A stretch of DNA of 64,000 nt from NCBI GenBank assembly GCA_012295275.1, contig CM022673.1, positions 6,076,001 through 6,140,000 of the forward strand. Direction: 5' to 3'. Shown in pieces: positions 1 to 14,510 of the stretch (position 1 is its first letter; each line of letters opens with the position of its first letter). Made by a program: the position numbers and the translations under genes. Source of the stretch: Chrysomallon squamiferum. Its lineage: Eukaryota; Animalia; Mollusca. Under the pieces are notes generated by a model, which was given only the letters and a program-made list of their open reading frames with translations, did no database searches and was not told where the DNA came from.

Positions 1-1304
1 TGGGGTCTGTTAAAGAGAAAAGTCAGCACTTTAATTTAATCTTATAAATCTCTCAATCACTACTTCAAAAACAAGGATACAAAGTCTGGTCACAGAATTA
101 TTTAAATCTCACAACAAGGTTTTCACCATTCAAACAGAAGGTGAATAGATTCTGATCTCAAAGTGAAAAGATTCAGAACTGAATATGAAACAGAGTCTGA
201 ACCGAAACCCCCAAAAAGAATCTGTCTAATCTACTAAATCGACCGCAGATACCCTTTTTCTATGCATCATGTTTACCAAGACTCCACAAGCCGACAATAA
301 AATCATTGTTAATCCGATCAACGAAACAGCATATTGTTCCCATTCCAAAAACATCGAGAAAATAAAAATTTCAGGAAATTTGTCGTCTTAAGAATGTTTT
401 CACCAAAGAAATAGAATTTCAGTCACGGTTTCCTATTCAGACTAAAGAGTGGCGGCTTTTTGAATTAAAGGTTTTTCCTGCTCTGTTTTGCTGTGCCCAA
501 ATAATGTCTGACTATTAGTGTAGACTTTTTGTGACAGTAATGAAGCAAACAGAAAGGATTTAGTGAATTATCTCCCCACAGACAAATTGAGATCAGGAAG
601 TTCTGTGATTCCAAATGAAGTGAAGTCCGAGAGAAAGCCAAGATGATTGAATTACTCAGAAAGTTAAAGTTCTTTTTTAGTGCATGTAGATTTGTCTTCT
701 GCTAGATGTACAACAGAAATTCTGATGCACTGGTAGAATTTATTTATGACATCATTCAAATACTTAAATACATATTTCTCCTGGATGTTAAATACTTAGA
801 AATATTTAGAAATATTCTTAGTCAAAATTTAAATTAATTTTATTTAATGATATTATTAAAAATATTTTTAAAATATCTTTTCTGTTGAAATTAGAACAGT
901 CTGAAATCCTGACAGATGATATTCAAGTTAAATATTCAGTTTGATCTATTAGTCATCAAATATTTGTTATTTTGGTCATCTCATCTTCTGAATTTAGTTA
1001 AAAGTTTACAGTTGCATGCTGTTTATTTAGTAATTTGAGAAATAATCTTCAGATAAATGCCTGTTGCATTTTTTCTCTCAAAAATCATTAAAGTTTATAA
1101 ATACATTTTCCTTGACACCAAAAAGAACTAACTTAGTGGAATCATAAAACTATTAACTTGAATCTGGTTTTACTAGATAAAAAAATATATCAGTCTCAGG
1201 CAATCAAATATGCAGCTGCAATCAAAAAACTTTAATGTCAATACAATCCAAGTTCAACTTAAGTGCATTTTATTCAAATTAAAGTATTTTGTTACTTTTA
1301 TCTA

Positions 1305-1576
1305 AATTGTCTACAGATTTAAGGCTATAATAAAAAGTAATAGTAATATGAAAAATAAATATGCCCTAAAAAGCATAAGACTATATTAAAAGAAAAAAAA
1401 AATATGTCTTAACAATTTAAGATTATATTTAAAAACTGAAATAAAATCAAAAATAAATATGCCCTAAAAAGCTTAGGGCTATATTAAAAGGTAAAAATAA
1501 AATAACATAACAATAAAGTTGTCTAATAATTTAAGGATATATTAAGGCAGAAATCAAATCAAATCAAATACTGCCC
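1305..1576. repeat. ~100-bp degenerate tandem duplication (2-3 copies)
   Basis: aaaataaatatgccctaaaaagc occurs at ~1352 and ~1451, with similar downstream sequence. Confidence 0.75.
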
Positions 1577-3077
1577 ATTAAATAAGAAGCCATTCATATT
1601 TATGAGGCAAATCACACAATACACTGAACAAATAACGATATATTTACATAGTCCCAAATTATTAATGACTTTATGAACGACCACAATGTCTCCATTTCCT
1701 GTCTGTTCAAAATGGAATACTTCTGGTCACCTTGAGGAAATGCTGCATCCTTAATTACATCTGAAAACCTGACAGAGATGAACCGTTTCCCCTTGTCCAC
1801 CACTGATTGCAGTGGCAAGGTAAACACAGAGATTGTTACGGTGCAAAGTTTGAAGTCTGGCTGGAACACCTTCTCAAAGTGAAAGCCTGGTTTTATTAAT
1901 TCAGAGTTTACTACGTCGATGTTTGTGATGACCATGTGCAAGAATTTTCAAGAAGTAAGTTAACCGTCATGTTCCAAGATTCTTCTGAATTACCACCTCA
2001 AGAGTATTCAAGAATAAGTATCATTTCTGAGAGAATTCTAGAATAAATATGATTTATTTTTAAAATAGATTAAAGAGGAATTCAATTATTATCTCTTTCA
2101 AGGATGTTCTGATTTTGATGATGTCCTAGAACTATATTAATTTTGTCATTTATTCCATAGACATTTCAAAGGGAAAATCACTCAAAAGGGAGATTCACAA
2201 ATCAAGAATTATTATTATTATTATTAAGATTTTTTTGTATGATATGTTGACAAAGAAGATGTCAAAATTAATGTAGAAATGAAATTAGTTCTTTCTCCAG
2301 TGTTCCAGTTTCTTCAGAACTGAACTAGACCCCATGATTATAAAAGCAGCTAACTGTAATCATTATAAATCAAAACAATGGTCATCAAATTATATACCTG
2401 AACCAAGCTTTTGTACCAGAGAGGTTTGAAATCCAGATTCTGTGAATACTGTCGCTGTTTACTTAAAAAAATTGTGGTATCATTAATGGCATTAAAAGAG
2501 GTGTACAGTAATAATGGAAAATAAATTAAAACATAAAAGAAAAATTAAATGTTAAAAAATGTTATTGATAAAGAAATATAAACAAAGGAAACTCCACTGG
2601 AAAAGACAAACAGTGAATCAAATATTTCTGGTAAATTAATTATTTAATTATTTATTTTAATAATTATTATTATTTATTTATATTTTTTGAAAGTCATTAA
2701 ATAACACTGAAACAAAAAAAAAAATAACAACATAATGGCCTACCATTGAAAAACAAATAAAAGCAATTCCCCATGTGTCCAGCAATGGTCATTCATTAGT
2801 GTCGTACTGAAGAGTTCAATTAAGGAAAGACAATCCATTAAGGGATCAGTCTGGGGCAAGGGTTCAAATGAAAATGATTTTCAAATCTATCACAGATACT
2901 TTGTGAAGATTTACTAAGTTTACTCTAAATGGCTGTCACAATTCCCAGACTTCATCCACTGTTTGTACGTTTGCCCTGAACATCAATTGTGTCCTGGGTT
3001 AATTTAAAGACAGGCTTAGCCTTTAGTGAAACAAAACATGAAGAGGACTGGTCAAAACTCTGTTCCAGTCAAGAGTA

Positions 3078-4000
3078 TTGTGTGTACAAGATGAAACACA
3101 AAGTCATAGTTGTATGTATAAGATTAAACACAAAGTCAGACAGTTGTACATACAAGATTAAACACAAAGTCAGAGAGTTGTATGTACAAGATTAAACACA
3201 AAGTCAGAGTTGTACATACAAGATTAAACACAAAGTCAGAGTTGTATGTACAAGATGAAACACAAAGTCAGAGTTGTATGTACAAGATTAAACACAAAGT
3301 CAGAGTTGTATGTACAAGATGAAACACAAAGTCAGAGTTGTATGTACAAGATTAAACACAAAGTCAGAGTTGTATGTACAAGATTAAACACAAAGTCAGA
3401 GAGTTGTATGTACAAGATTAAACACAAAGTCAGAGTTGTATGTACAAGATTAAACACAAAGTCAGTTGTATGTACAAGATTAAACACAAAGTCAGAGTTG
3501 TATGTACACGATTAAACACAGTCAGAAAGTTGTACATACAAGAATAAACACAAAGTCAGAGAATTGTATATACAAGATTAAACACAAAGTCAGAGTTGTA
3601 TGTATAACATTAAACACCACATCAGACCTGTATGTACAAGATTAAACACATAGTCATAGTTGTATGTACAAGATTAAACATAAAGTCAGTTGTATGTACA
3701 AGATTAAACACAAAGTCAAAGTTGTATGTACAAGATTAAACACAAAGTCAGACCTGTATGTACAAGATTAAACACAAAGTCAGTTGTATGTACAAGATTA
3801 AACATAAAGTCAGTTGTATGTACAAGATTAAACACAAAGTTAGAGTTGTATGTACAAGATTAAACACAAAGTTAGAGTTGTATGTACAAGATTAAACACA
3901 AAGTCAGAATTGTACATACAAGATTAAACACAAAGATGGTATTGTACATGAAAGATTAAACACAAAGTCAGAGTTGTATGTACAAGATTAAATACAAAGT
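3078..4000. repeat. 32-bp minisatellite, ~29 copies, consensus GTTGTATGTACAAGATTAAACACAAAGTCAGA
   Basis: Directly visible head-to-tail array with 30/32/34-bp length variants and no spacers. Confidence 0.97.
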
Positions 4001-4598
4001 CTTGTAGCATTAAGATAGAGTAGTTATAAATATGATTATGGCAGATTTAGTATTTATCAGATAAATATTAATATTGTATTACATGCAGACACACATACAC
4101 ACACACACATAAACACAAGAGACACACACACACACACACAAAACTCAGATCCTATCTCAGAAGTAAACACAATCATAACTCAATTAAAATTTTGTGTGTG
4201 TGTGTGTGTGTGTTTCCAGCAGTGATGTGAAATTAATATTATCAGAAGTATGGAAAGTTTCACATTTCTCATACATACATAGATAATTTATAACACACTG
4301 CATCACTTTGTGTACATCACTCTGTCGAGATTCGCAGGTATCAACATCATTTTCCTTCAAGGACCTGCTGTGAGCTTTTCATATACAGTGATGCTATATT
4401 TGTTTATTACTAATTAAGAACTGCAAAAAACAACAAAACAAAAAACAGTGTGAATATCCATTTCGTGGTTGGCTAATTAAAATGGAAAGATGCATAGTTA
4501 ACTTTCTTTGTGTGTATCTGGTTGAGTGGGTATGTCTGGAGTGGAAAGTTTGTTAAAGAAAGATGTTATCTTGAGATAGAGAAATAGAAATAGAAAAG

Positions 4599-4634
<36 letters not shown>

Positions 4635-4931
4635 CTTATTATTATCTTTTTTATTTATTTGTTTGTTTATTTGTTTATATTTTTTTTATTTATTAATAAT
4701 TTAATTAGATACTATTTTTTATTTATTTATCTATCTTTTTCTCTTGGGGCAGACATCTTGATTATTAAGTTTCTGCCTTCTTCTCTGACTGCAATCTATA
4801 GTATACCTCTTTCTGTCCCTCTATTCTTTTTTTCCTTTTTTTTTTCTTCCATCCTTCCTTTCCTGACTTCCTTCCTATCTTCTCTCTCTCACACCCATCC
4901 TCATTACTCACTCCTTCTCTTTTTCTTTCCT

Positions 4932-4976
4932 TCTCTCTCTCTCTCTCTCTCTCTCTTCTTTCTCTCCCTGTCTCTG

Positions 4977-5066
<90 letters not shown>
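4932..5066. repeat. (CT)n microsatellite
   Basis: Visible, interrupted in its first half. Confidence 0.95.
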
Positions 5067-5069
<3 letters not shown>

Positions 5070-5699
5070 TTCTCTCCCTCTCACCTTCCCATCCTCCTTA
5101 CCTCACTTTTAGTGGGGTTTTTAGGGGACTTTGAATTGGGATTGTTTTTTTTTAAACAAATAATGAATACAAAATGCTATAAAAAATATCAACCCTTTTA
5201 ATACTGGGATCAGGATGAAGGTGTGAAAAGAAAGCACTTGTTGAGTTATTTGATTAACACTATGGCTACCACCAACAGACACACTGATTGAAAAACCTCC
5301 TTCCAGCCTTTGACAGAAGATTGATGATCTGTTGCCATGACACTGAGAACTTTCATCATCTACACAGATATACTGTGTTAAGTGACCAAGGCCTACTGGG
5401 TCAGCCTTATCATGTCCAGCAATCATATTTATCTCCCTTTGATGTCAGAAGACTTCCTGTGCGGCAGACGGCAAGTGGTACAAAGGGAGATAACAAAGGT
5501 CAAGGCAATCTTGGACTAAAATGACTACTGAAATGCAATGCAAACCCAGTCCTATTTAAGATTTTTTAATGATACTTGTCCAAACTATCTATAACAGTGG
5601 AATATATTTTCTATAATGCCACATTCGTGAGATATGTCTTTTAACATTTCATAATAATGATGTGTATGTTTGATGGATAGATGTATGGATGGATGATGG

Positions 5700-5700
<1 letters not shown>

Positions 5701-5764
<64 letters not shown>

Positions 5765-5790
5765 TATGTATGTATATGTATGTACATATG
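5701..5790. repeat. Compound (TG)n/(TATG)n microsatellite
   Basis: Visible. Confidence 0.9.
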
Positions 5791-7899
5791 GGTACATGTG
5801 TATGTTTGTCTGTAGTTATTCTTTGAACCATGTAAAACTCATTCCATATTTTTTTAATAAATATAAATTTCATATATGTGTTTGTTATACAAAATGTCTT
5901 TTTCTAGAATTCAATAATTTGAAATATATTTTCAAAATATTTTATAATTCTAAAGCAATAATAATAAACACAAGACTAAAAATTTTAAAGATTTCACACA
6001 AATAAAAAAAAAAATCACCACATTAACAATTACACTTTTACTGACCAATTTGTTTGTTACAAGACACGTACAAATTCGCTGACAAGCTCGAATGTCAGTT
6101 TTACAGGACAGGTTTCAGAGGAGACCATCTAATTGCTGTTTTGACCATATTGTGTTACTTTTCACAGCAAAGTCGTCCAACCACCAGCAGTTCCATTACT
6201 AACACCTTATCATCTGACACAAACAAGGATCAGTTTCCAACTAATGTAAAATAACATTTTGCTGCAGCAGGAAGGAATCAGATCTGCTGGAAACTCTTTA
6301 AGATCTGATCTCTGTGGATTTTCAGTTTATTATCATTTCTTTTTTTATGATATTGTTTTTAAATCTTCATTTTTTTTTTTTTTTTTTTTTGCATTTTTTC
6401 TTCTTTCTTTTTTCTTTTATTATAATATTTTATATTTATGGGGTGTTTTTTTTTGTGGGGGAGGGGTTTGGTTTGGGTTTTTTTTCTTCTAAACTGTCAA
6501 AACAAACATTCTAAAATTCTTATTTCTAGACATCATACTGCTGATTTTCAGGAGGATAAATTTAAAAAAAAATTATTTCCAAATTCAAATTCCTTTTATC
6601 GATTTTATTTCTGAGAATTTAGATATATATATTAAAATACCCCCACAAACAAATATTTATTTTTACAGCCAAAAATTTTAAAGGACTTAGATTGCATCAA
6701 CTCAAAATCTTATTTTATATATATATACATACATACAAACACACAGACACATATATCAGAGAGAGAGAGATTAGCATTAAACCTTTATTTTCCTTCTGTA
6801 AAGGGAGATAATTTATTTTTGCCACACACTTTTCTATTTTTATTTTTTTGAAAGACTTTATTGCCTCCCCACAAGGACCTCAAACTACTTCAGTCCAAGC
6901 TTTTTTTATTTGCTACCCAATTTTTTTCTAAAAGGTTTTTATTGCCAAACTCAAGAATTCTGCCATCACTCTGTGACATTAAGGAAAACCAAGAAGAGTT
7001 CTTCAAGAACCATAATCAATGGTATAAGAAGTTCAGAAAAACATTCCAGTCTTGCTTGTATCTATTTTGGTCTGCTGTATAAAGATGTCTGCTGTACTTT
7101 AGAAGAATCAAAAGAAAAGAAAGACAAACAAATATAAAGAAATTTCCAGCAAATTTGATGGACTAGAATTTACCTGAATGTTAATGAACTAACTTACTAA
7201 TTAACCTTTCAGACAAGCAACTCACTGATTAGGTAACTTGTTAAAGAAATAACTCATACATTAATTTATTAGTAAAATAGCCGATTACTTTATTCTATTC
7301 TATTCTATTCTATTCTATTCTATTCTATTCTATTTTATTTATTTATTTTTATTATTATTATTATTTTTATTTATTTATAATTTTTATTTTATTTTTTTTT
7401 TTTGTTACTTTTAAGGGAAAATAAATCAATAAATAAATCATGTAACTGAATTAATTAAATACTTATTTATTAATAATAACAAAAATAAATTAACTAAATA
7501 ATTAATTAGTAAAAAATAATAATAACGAACAAAACATAAACAAAAACAAAACGAATTTCAAAAAATATATTAAAAACAATTCCAGTCAACACATAATCCA
7601 ACATTTTTTAGATTTTCATTTAATCTCAGTCTTTCTCATCTTTATTTTATTATTTTGGTAATTATGTAAATCTAAATCAAGGAAGAGTCAATAAAGCAGG
7701 AAGACAAGGAATGTTTGTGTGAAGACAGCTGAAATGTTTTGATTCTTTCCTTCAAATCAGGTAGTTCCTTCCTCCTTTCTGTCAAGAAATTTCTCATGTA
7801 ACCATAAATCAATACTATTTTCTAATCAACTATTATCAGTAAATGTCAAACCCAGCAAGATAAAATCTTTTATATCACATTCTTCAGTGTTAATAGAGT

Positions 7900-8034
7900 G
7901 GAATAACATGATTATTAATAGCAGTAGTTGTAGATGTAATGTCGGTGGTAATAGTGGCTATTGTAGTAGTTGTAGTAGTTGTTGTTGTTGTTGTGGTAGT
8001 AGTGATGGCAATAGTACTAATAGTGGTGAAGGTG

Positions 8035-8074
<40 letters not shown>

Positions 8075-8280
8075 CAGATGCAGTAGTTTTAGAAATAATT
8101 ATTTTTGCTGGAACAGAATTGTAATAATAGAATAATAATAGAAGTAATATATGTAGTGATATTAATCATTTAATGTTTGTATTGTAATGATAATGGCAAT
8201 AGTAACAGTAGAGTTGTTGTTACTCTTATTATTATTACTGATTATTATTATGACTATCAATACAGTTATCTTTACATTGG

Positions 8281-8325
<45 letters not shown>

Positions 8326-8485
8326 ACTATTATTATTTTTATTAAAATTATTATGACTATTATTATTATAATTAATATTACTATTATAATTATTATAAAT
8401 ATTATTAGCAGTAGTATTATAACAATAAGTAGTAGTAGTAGTAGTAAAAATATTATTATTATTATTACTATTATTATTAATATTA

Positions 8486-8537
<52 letters not shown>
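7900..8537. repeat. Compound trinucleotide (GTA/GTT/ATT)n low-complexity tract
   Basis: Visible; source of spurious poly-S/V/I/L ORFs. Confidence 0.9.
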
Positions 8538-8540
<3 letters not shown>

Positions 8541-8726
8541 AACAGATATATGCTGGTCAGATTAGATATTGAAGATGGTATTTTTGATGAATGCTGGTAA
8601 ATTTCAGATTTGACATTTATATTGATTTTTAGTCAAAATTTATTTAAGTGTTTCAATCTGGTACCAGACTGGCATAGTGTGTGGTTAATATTTCTGTAAC
8701 TAAGAAATATTACTATAAAGATTGTG

Positions 8727-8760
<34 letters not shown>

Positions 8761-8895
8761 AAAAGGAATTTTAAAAAAGAATTGAAGGAAAAATGATTAG
8801 CTAAAAAATATGCTGCTGGATAAAACTGAAAATAAAAAAATAAAAAGTTTAATAATATAAATATGTGTTTTTTTTTTTTTTTTTTTTTTTAATAA

Positions 8896-8931
<36 letters not shown>

Positions 8932-10649
8932 AATGGAATAAATCATTATTATACAATAATAAAAAAAATTCCACCTCACCCCATCCCACCCAGACCATTC
9001 TGTGTCAGAGGATGTGAGAAATCTGTGTTTCTAAAGTAACCCTAACTCAGTGATCTTTCTCGTTACAAATAAATACTAGCAGATTTAATTAGTTTGTTCA
9101 GTATCAATGACCAAAACATGATATCCATGTATTCCACTATTACAGCTTGTGTCATCTGATATCCAGACAGTGACCAGAAATAATCAAAAGAAATAATTTA
9201 TTTGTTTATAGCCTGGAGATACAGAATCATTTTAATTAGTCCCGTTGTTTTTTTTGTTTTTTTTTATGTTTTTGTTTCTTTCTCAAATTCTAATCTTTGT
9301 TTTTTAAATTATTTATTTAAAAAGTTTATAAATATTTGTTTTTATTTATTAATTTGTCTAGTGCTTATTTTTTTTTCTATTTATTTTCATTTCTTTATTG
9401 TTCATTTACTTATTTACTTATTTATTTATTTACTTTTGTTTTATCTCCTCCCTTTTTAATTCTTTCTAAATTTATTATTACTTTTTTTCTTATTTTTTAA
9501 TATTTTATACTTAGTCAATATATTTTAACATTAAAGGTTGTTAGGTTTCAAAAATGTGATAATAATATCATTTGAGAACAAACTCCATTGGCAACAGTAC
9601 ATATGATAAACACAAAATTAAATAAATTAACAATTCAGTTACTTCATGTAGTTACTGCATGTATAAATCTACATTTTTCAAAAAACCTAAAGGATGTAAT
9701 ATATTTTTGTAAAAAAACAATAAATGAATAAAAATAAAATTATCTTTATAAATTAATTCAACTGCAAAAGCTAAAATCTCTGAAAAGTTTTCTAAAGAGA
9801 AAATCTGACTTCAGTTTGTAAAGACTAAAACAAAAATACTCAGCTTTTATTTGTTTCATTTTCCTTTTATTTTTTATTATTACAATCATTATTATTATTA
9901 TTATTGTTGTTGTTATATATTCTGCTTTTCAACATTTCTTTCAATCTTTTAAATGATAATTTAATAAAATATTTTTTTTTTTTTTTTTTCATAATTTTCT
10001 TTAACAAACAAAATCTTTTTTTTCTTCCATTTGCATTTTTTTTTTTTTTTTCAAATTTAAAAGAATTTCGGTGTTTATCTTTTTATACCACTATTTTTTA
10101 CTACTTCCTTCCTTTCATTTCTGTTTTCTATTTTTTAATATATTTTAAGATTCTCTTTACTTCCTTTATTTCAGTTTTAAACGCTTCAGTTTTAATTTCA
10201 ATTTTATTTTTTCTGTTTCATTCTTCTTACTCCCCCCTCTTTGCTCTTTCTTTAATCTAAACAGTTTCTATTATAACAAATTAATTATTTCTTTCTTTTT
10301 TCTTCTCTTTCTTCTTTCTTTCTTTCTTTCTTTCTTTACTTCTTCTTTTTTTTTTCTCCCTTTATAACTTAAATGACCCAGAAGAAAAAAAAAAATATTT
10401 CATCTTTTCAAGAAGAGATTTTCTTGTGTTGTTAAATCTTCTTATGAAGGGCAAAGTCATGAAATTAACTGTTTTCTTTGTGTGTAAAATGTCACTGTGG
10501 CTCTGTGAAGTCACTTCCTCCACTTCAGTGCTAAACACACAGGATTCTTGTGGTAAATCTTTAAACCTGAGGGTTTCCAGGATCTACCCTCCTCAGTGCA
10601 CCAAAACTGTCATAAAGTTGTTTTGATTTGTTTTCATTTCAAGGTATTT

Positions 10650-10995
10650 TAGAAGAGAGAGGTCTGACTTTGTGAGGATACTTTTTGTCGTTATTTCAAC
10701 TTCCAGCCAATGTAATGTTAAAGAAAATTTAATATGAAGTTGGTCTGGCTATACTGGTAACCTGAAGCATGATGGTTCAGAGGATCTATCCTTATCAGAG
10801 AACCTTTTTTTTTTTTTTTTGGTTATTTCCAGTTTCATTTATTAATACTTTAGAGAAAATGTAATATGAAGCAAGCTCTGTCTATATTGGTAACCCGAAG
10901 CACGATGGTACAGAAGATCTGTCCTTGTGACAGCACTTTTTTTAATTATTTCCAATCTCAACCACATGATATTAGAAAAAACTGTAATATGAATC
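10650..10995. repeat. ~130-bp degenerate tandem repeat (2 full plus partial copies)
   Basis: aatatgaag...ggtaacc(t/c)gaagca(t/c)gatgg starts at 10731 and 10863; partial copy at 10986. Confidence 0.85.
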
Positions 10996-12086
10996 AATTT
11001 GTGGTTTGGTGAAATCATATTGTTGATCTGATGCTTGTTGAACAGACAATCCATCCTTTTTGCTTACATCTGTTAGCAGCCTGTATAATGTTAAAGAAAA
11101 CTTATATGTGTCTGAAATGAGTGGAAATTATAGATGTGTCTATGTCATTTGTTTTCCTTATCTTTGATAAAATGTATAAATATAAAAAAATATATATATT
11201 TTATGATAAAAACAAGGACTCTTTTATATACATTTCTCAATGTTAGGAAAGCACATAAAACAGATTTTTATACATCTTTTATTTCCACTTTCTTGAAACA
11301 CACATCACTTTCTAAAATTTCTCTTTCTTAGATGTCCATTTGTAACAATAAATTTAACAGAATAAATAAGTAATAATAACACATACTCTTTTTGTAAAGT
11401 AATCACTCTTATATGCACTTGATGACATCACAAAACCCTTTGGGTTTTTTTCATTACTTTTCTTTTTTTTTAGTTTTTTAATTCAAATATGTCTGCCACT
11501 GATCAAAGTTATTACTGCAACTTCCCTTCAGACAGATTTGGTTGTCAAAGAGTTTAATAAATCTCCATTTTCTTAAAAATATCAGAGAGATTTTTCTTCT
11601 TCCTTTTTTTTTGTTTCTTCCCAGTTTATAAATTACCTGCCTGAAAATGGATCTGTTTAAAACCAGACTTGATTGAATGTGACCAAAAAAAAATAAAATG
11701 CCAACTCACCATGACTATAACAGAGTGTGTATCGTGTGTTTGGAAAATATTATTGTTAACAGAGGAAAACAGATTGGACTTAAGAGGGAGAGATGTGTGA
11801 TCTGTGAAATATAGCATTCCTGAGTAAAGAATGAAAAATATAAAAAAAAAAATGAAACAGCAAATGGTTGTTTTGTGTAATATGTCAACAGTAAATAAGA
11901 TTTCTTTCACAAACAAGATATCAGTCAAACTTCTTATTGTGTTTTGTTTTGTTTTGTTTTTTGTTTTTTTATTATTATATTTATTAATTTTTTGTTGTTA
12001 TTTCAAAAAAAATACTGAAGAAATGAATAATCATTTTGCATTATAGGTTTGAGAATTCTTTATCCAAAATGCTCAACATCAGAAGT

Positions 12087-12118
<32 letters not shown>

Positions 12119-13778
12119 GAATAAAAGGAGATGACCCAAGAACAGGATCTAAGTCTAATTGTATTTATATTTCATATTCAGGTTATGCAAATAACTTACT
12201 GGCTTTTTTACATCAAATTCTTAATAATTTTGTGCATAAACTAAAGTTTATGTGTGCAAGGCAATCTGGAAGCTCTAAGATATTATTTCTGCTGTTCAGA
12301 AAAAAAATTACGAGTTTCAGAATTTTGGATAAGTGATTGTATATTTCAACACCACTAAAACAATAACAGCAACAAACTACTACTACTACTACTACTAAAA
12401 CTACTTTTGTGTGTGTATGTATATATGTATGTATGTATGTTTGTGTGTCTGTGTGTGTGTATGTGTATATATATATATATATATATGCCTATATATCAGC
12501 AATACAGTTAACTAATATTAATTACCATTACACATCCATCAAAAAAAAAACCTAATGCATGTAATATTGTTAAAAGCTTTTTAATACATTTTTACTATCT
12601 TGCTAATTAATTACTCATTTAGAGCAGAAAGGTATCCTTATATTTTACACAGGTCTATTTACTGAATAACTTGTCTTACTGTACTCATCTACATAAACTT
12701 CTATACAGTTTTGTGATTGTTTCTGACATTTCCCTGAATGTATGTTGGGTATATACAATAACAACAGTTATAGGTTATACATTTTTAAAAGAAATTTGAC
12801 AAATATTGTAATAAAAAAATATATATATATTTGTCTTTTTCATAGTAATAAAATATTAAATGACTTTTTAATACAGTGTCAGATAGAGTGATAAATATGT
12901 CTGTTTGTCTCTTTGTCTGAATGTCTGTCACACATCAAACCCCTACCCTTCCATTTACTTCCCCATCTTCCTTCTTTGTAATTCCTCTCTCTGTTAGTTA
13001 AGAGATAAAGTTTTTTTTGTTTTTTTTCTTTTTCTTTTTATTGAAAAGATACATTTGTGACATACAACAGTAATATATTCAAGTAATAGCTGTCTGTCTT
13101 TTCCTTGTCTCTCTTTTTCTCTCTGTATCCATGTTTCCAGTTTCGTATGTTTATGTGTACTTTCTTTCTCTCTCTCTGATATTAGTAACAGAAAAAAAAC
13201 TAAAAAAACTAAATAATAATAAGAAGAAGAAGGTAAGACTAAAATAAAAGAAAATACACAATCAAATAATAAAGAAAGAATAAACAAGACTAACCAAGAT
13301 CACTAATTTAATGAAAAACAAGCCAACAAATAAACAAAGACAGAAAAAAAAAATAAAAAAAAAATTTAAAACAAACAAATTAATTAAAAATATTAAACAA
13401 ATTAACAAACATAAATAAAAAATAAAAATAAACAAATAAGTAAAAAAAAAAAAAAAAAAAAAATAAAAACGCAAACAAAAAAGAAAAGGAGAGACAGTGA
13501 AACTATCTTCACATTTGGGAAACATTCATTATAACCAGGTTGTGATTCAATTTGCTGGTCAGATTAACAGACTGATTCATTCTGTCTTATTTTAATTAAT
13601 ATTTATCCCTGATTTTTGCCTCCAGGCACCAAATGTCCACCTTGTTCATCACAACCGTTCATGTGTCAAACGTCTCAACAAAACTTATTAGATTTCTTAT
13701 TTGTCATTATGTTGCTGCAGCCATTGAAAAACCAGAAGCCAGTGTCTGGTAAAACTGTTTAAGTTGTTTACTATGAGA

Positions 13779-13779
<1 letters not shown>

Positions 13780-13850
<71 letters not shown>

Positions 13851-14020
13851 GTTTGTACATGGGAATGTGTTCATTTGTGAATATGTTTGAATGTGCATGT
13901 TTTATGCATGTCTATGTGGATGTCAATGTATTTATGTATAAGTATGTATGCATGTATGAATGTATGTCTATTTATGTATCCATGTTTCTACATCAATACT
14001 TGTATGTTACTGAATTTGTG

Positions 14021-14057
<37 letters not shown>
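13780..14057. repeat. (GT)n at 13780-13846 and complementary (CA)n at 14024-14057
   Basis: Visible. Confidence 0.9.
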
Positions 14058-14059
<2 letters not shown>

Positions 14060-14472
14060 CAAATAACACTCAAACACACACTCATACACACACACACAAA
14101 CAAACATAGATCTTGAAGCTACCTCTGTAAAGCATCCACCTTTCAATAACAGCCTTGAGTTTTCCCACATAACTCATGTTTTATATATTTTACCTCTGTA
14201 TAGCAAAACCTTTTGCCTGGTTCAGTGAATGGTTGTTATAGAAAAATTCTGCTATCTGTGTATGAGTTTGTGTGTGTTAGTCTGTCTGTTTGGATGTCTA
14301 TTAGTATGTGTATATGTATATAGGACAGTACCTTCAGAATTTGTGTGTGTATGTATGTATATATAGACAGATAGATAGATGAATGACAAACAAATATATA
14401 CACAGATGTGCAGACTGTGATGATTTATTTTAAACTTTTGTTGTCTCTCATATTACTGCTATTATCATCATC

Positions 14473-14510
<38 letters not shown>

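Noticed and set aside
1612-1941. 109-aa minus-strand ORF as a possible Erg exon 2 or nested gene
   Set aside because: No PAS motifs (KFIIANA, CNDGFC, FLHG) and no recognisable family. It starts at TTG just after a stop and lacks convincing splice boundaries.
3078-4000. CRISPR-like 32-bp repeat array and the repetitive ORF 3246-3515
   Set aside because: Units are head-to-tail with no unique spacers, there are no cas genes and the context is eukaryotic. The ORF is just the translated satellite.
11630-11650. Minus-strand ttttcag-gcag-gtaatt as a microexon or ratchet point
   Set aside because: Short pyrimidine tract and weak donor; such matches are expected by chance in 60 kb.
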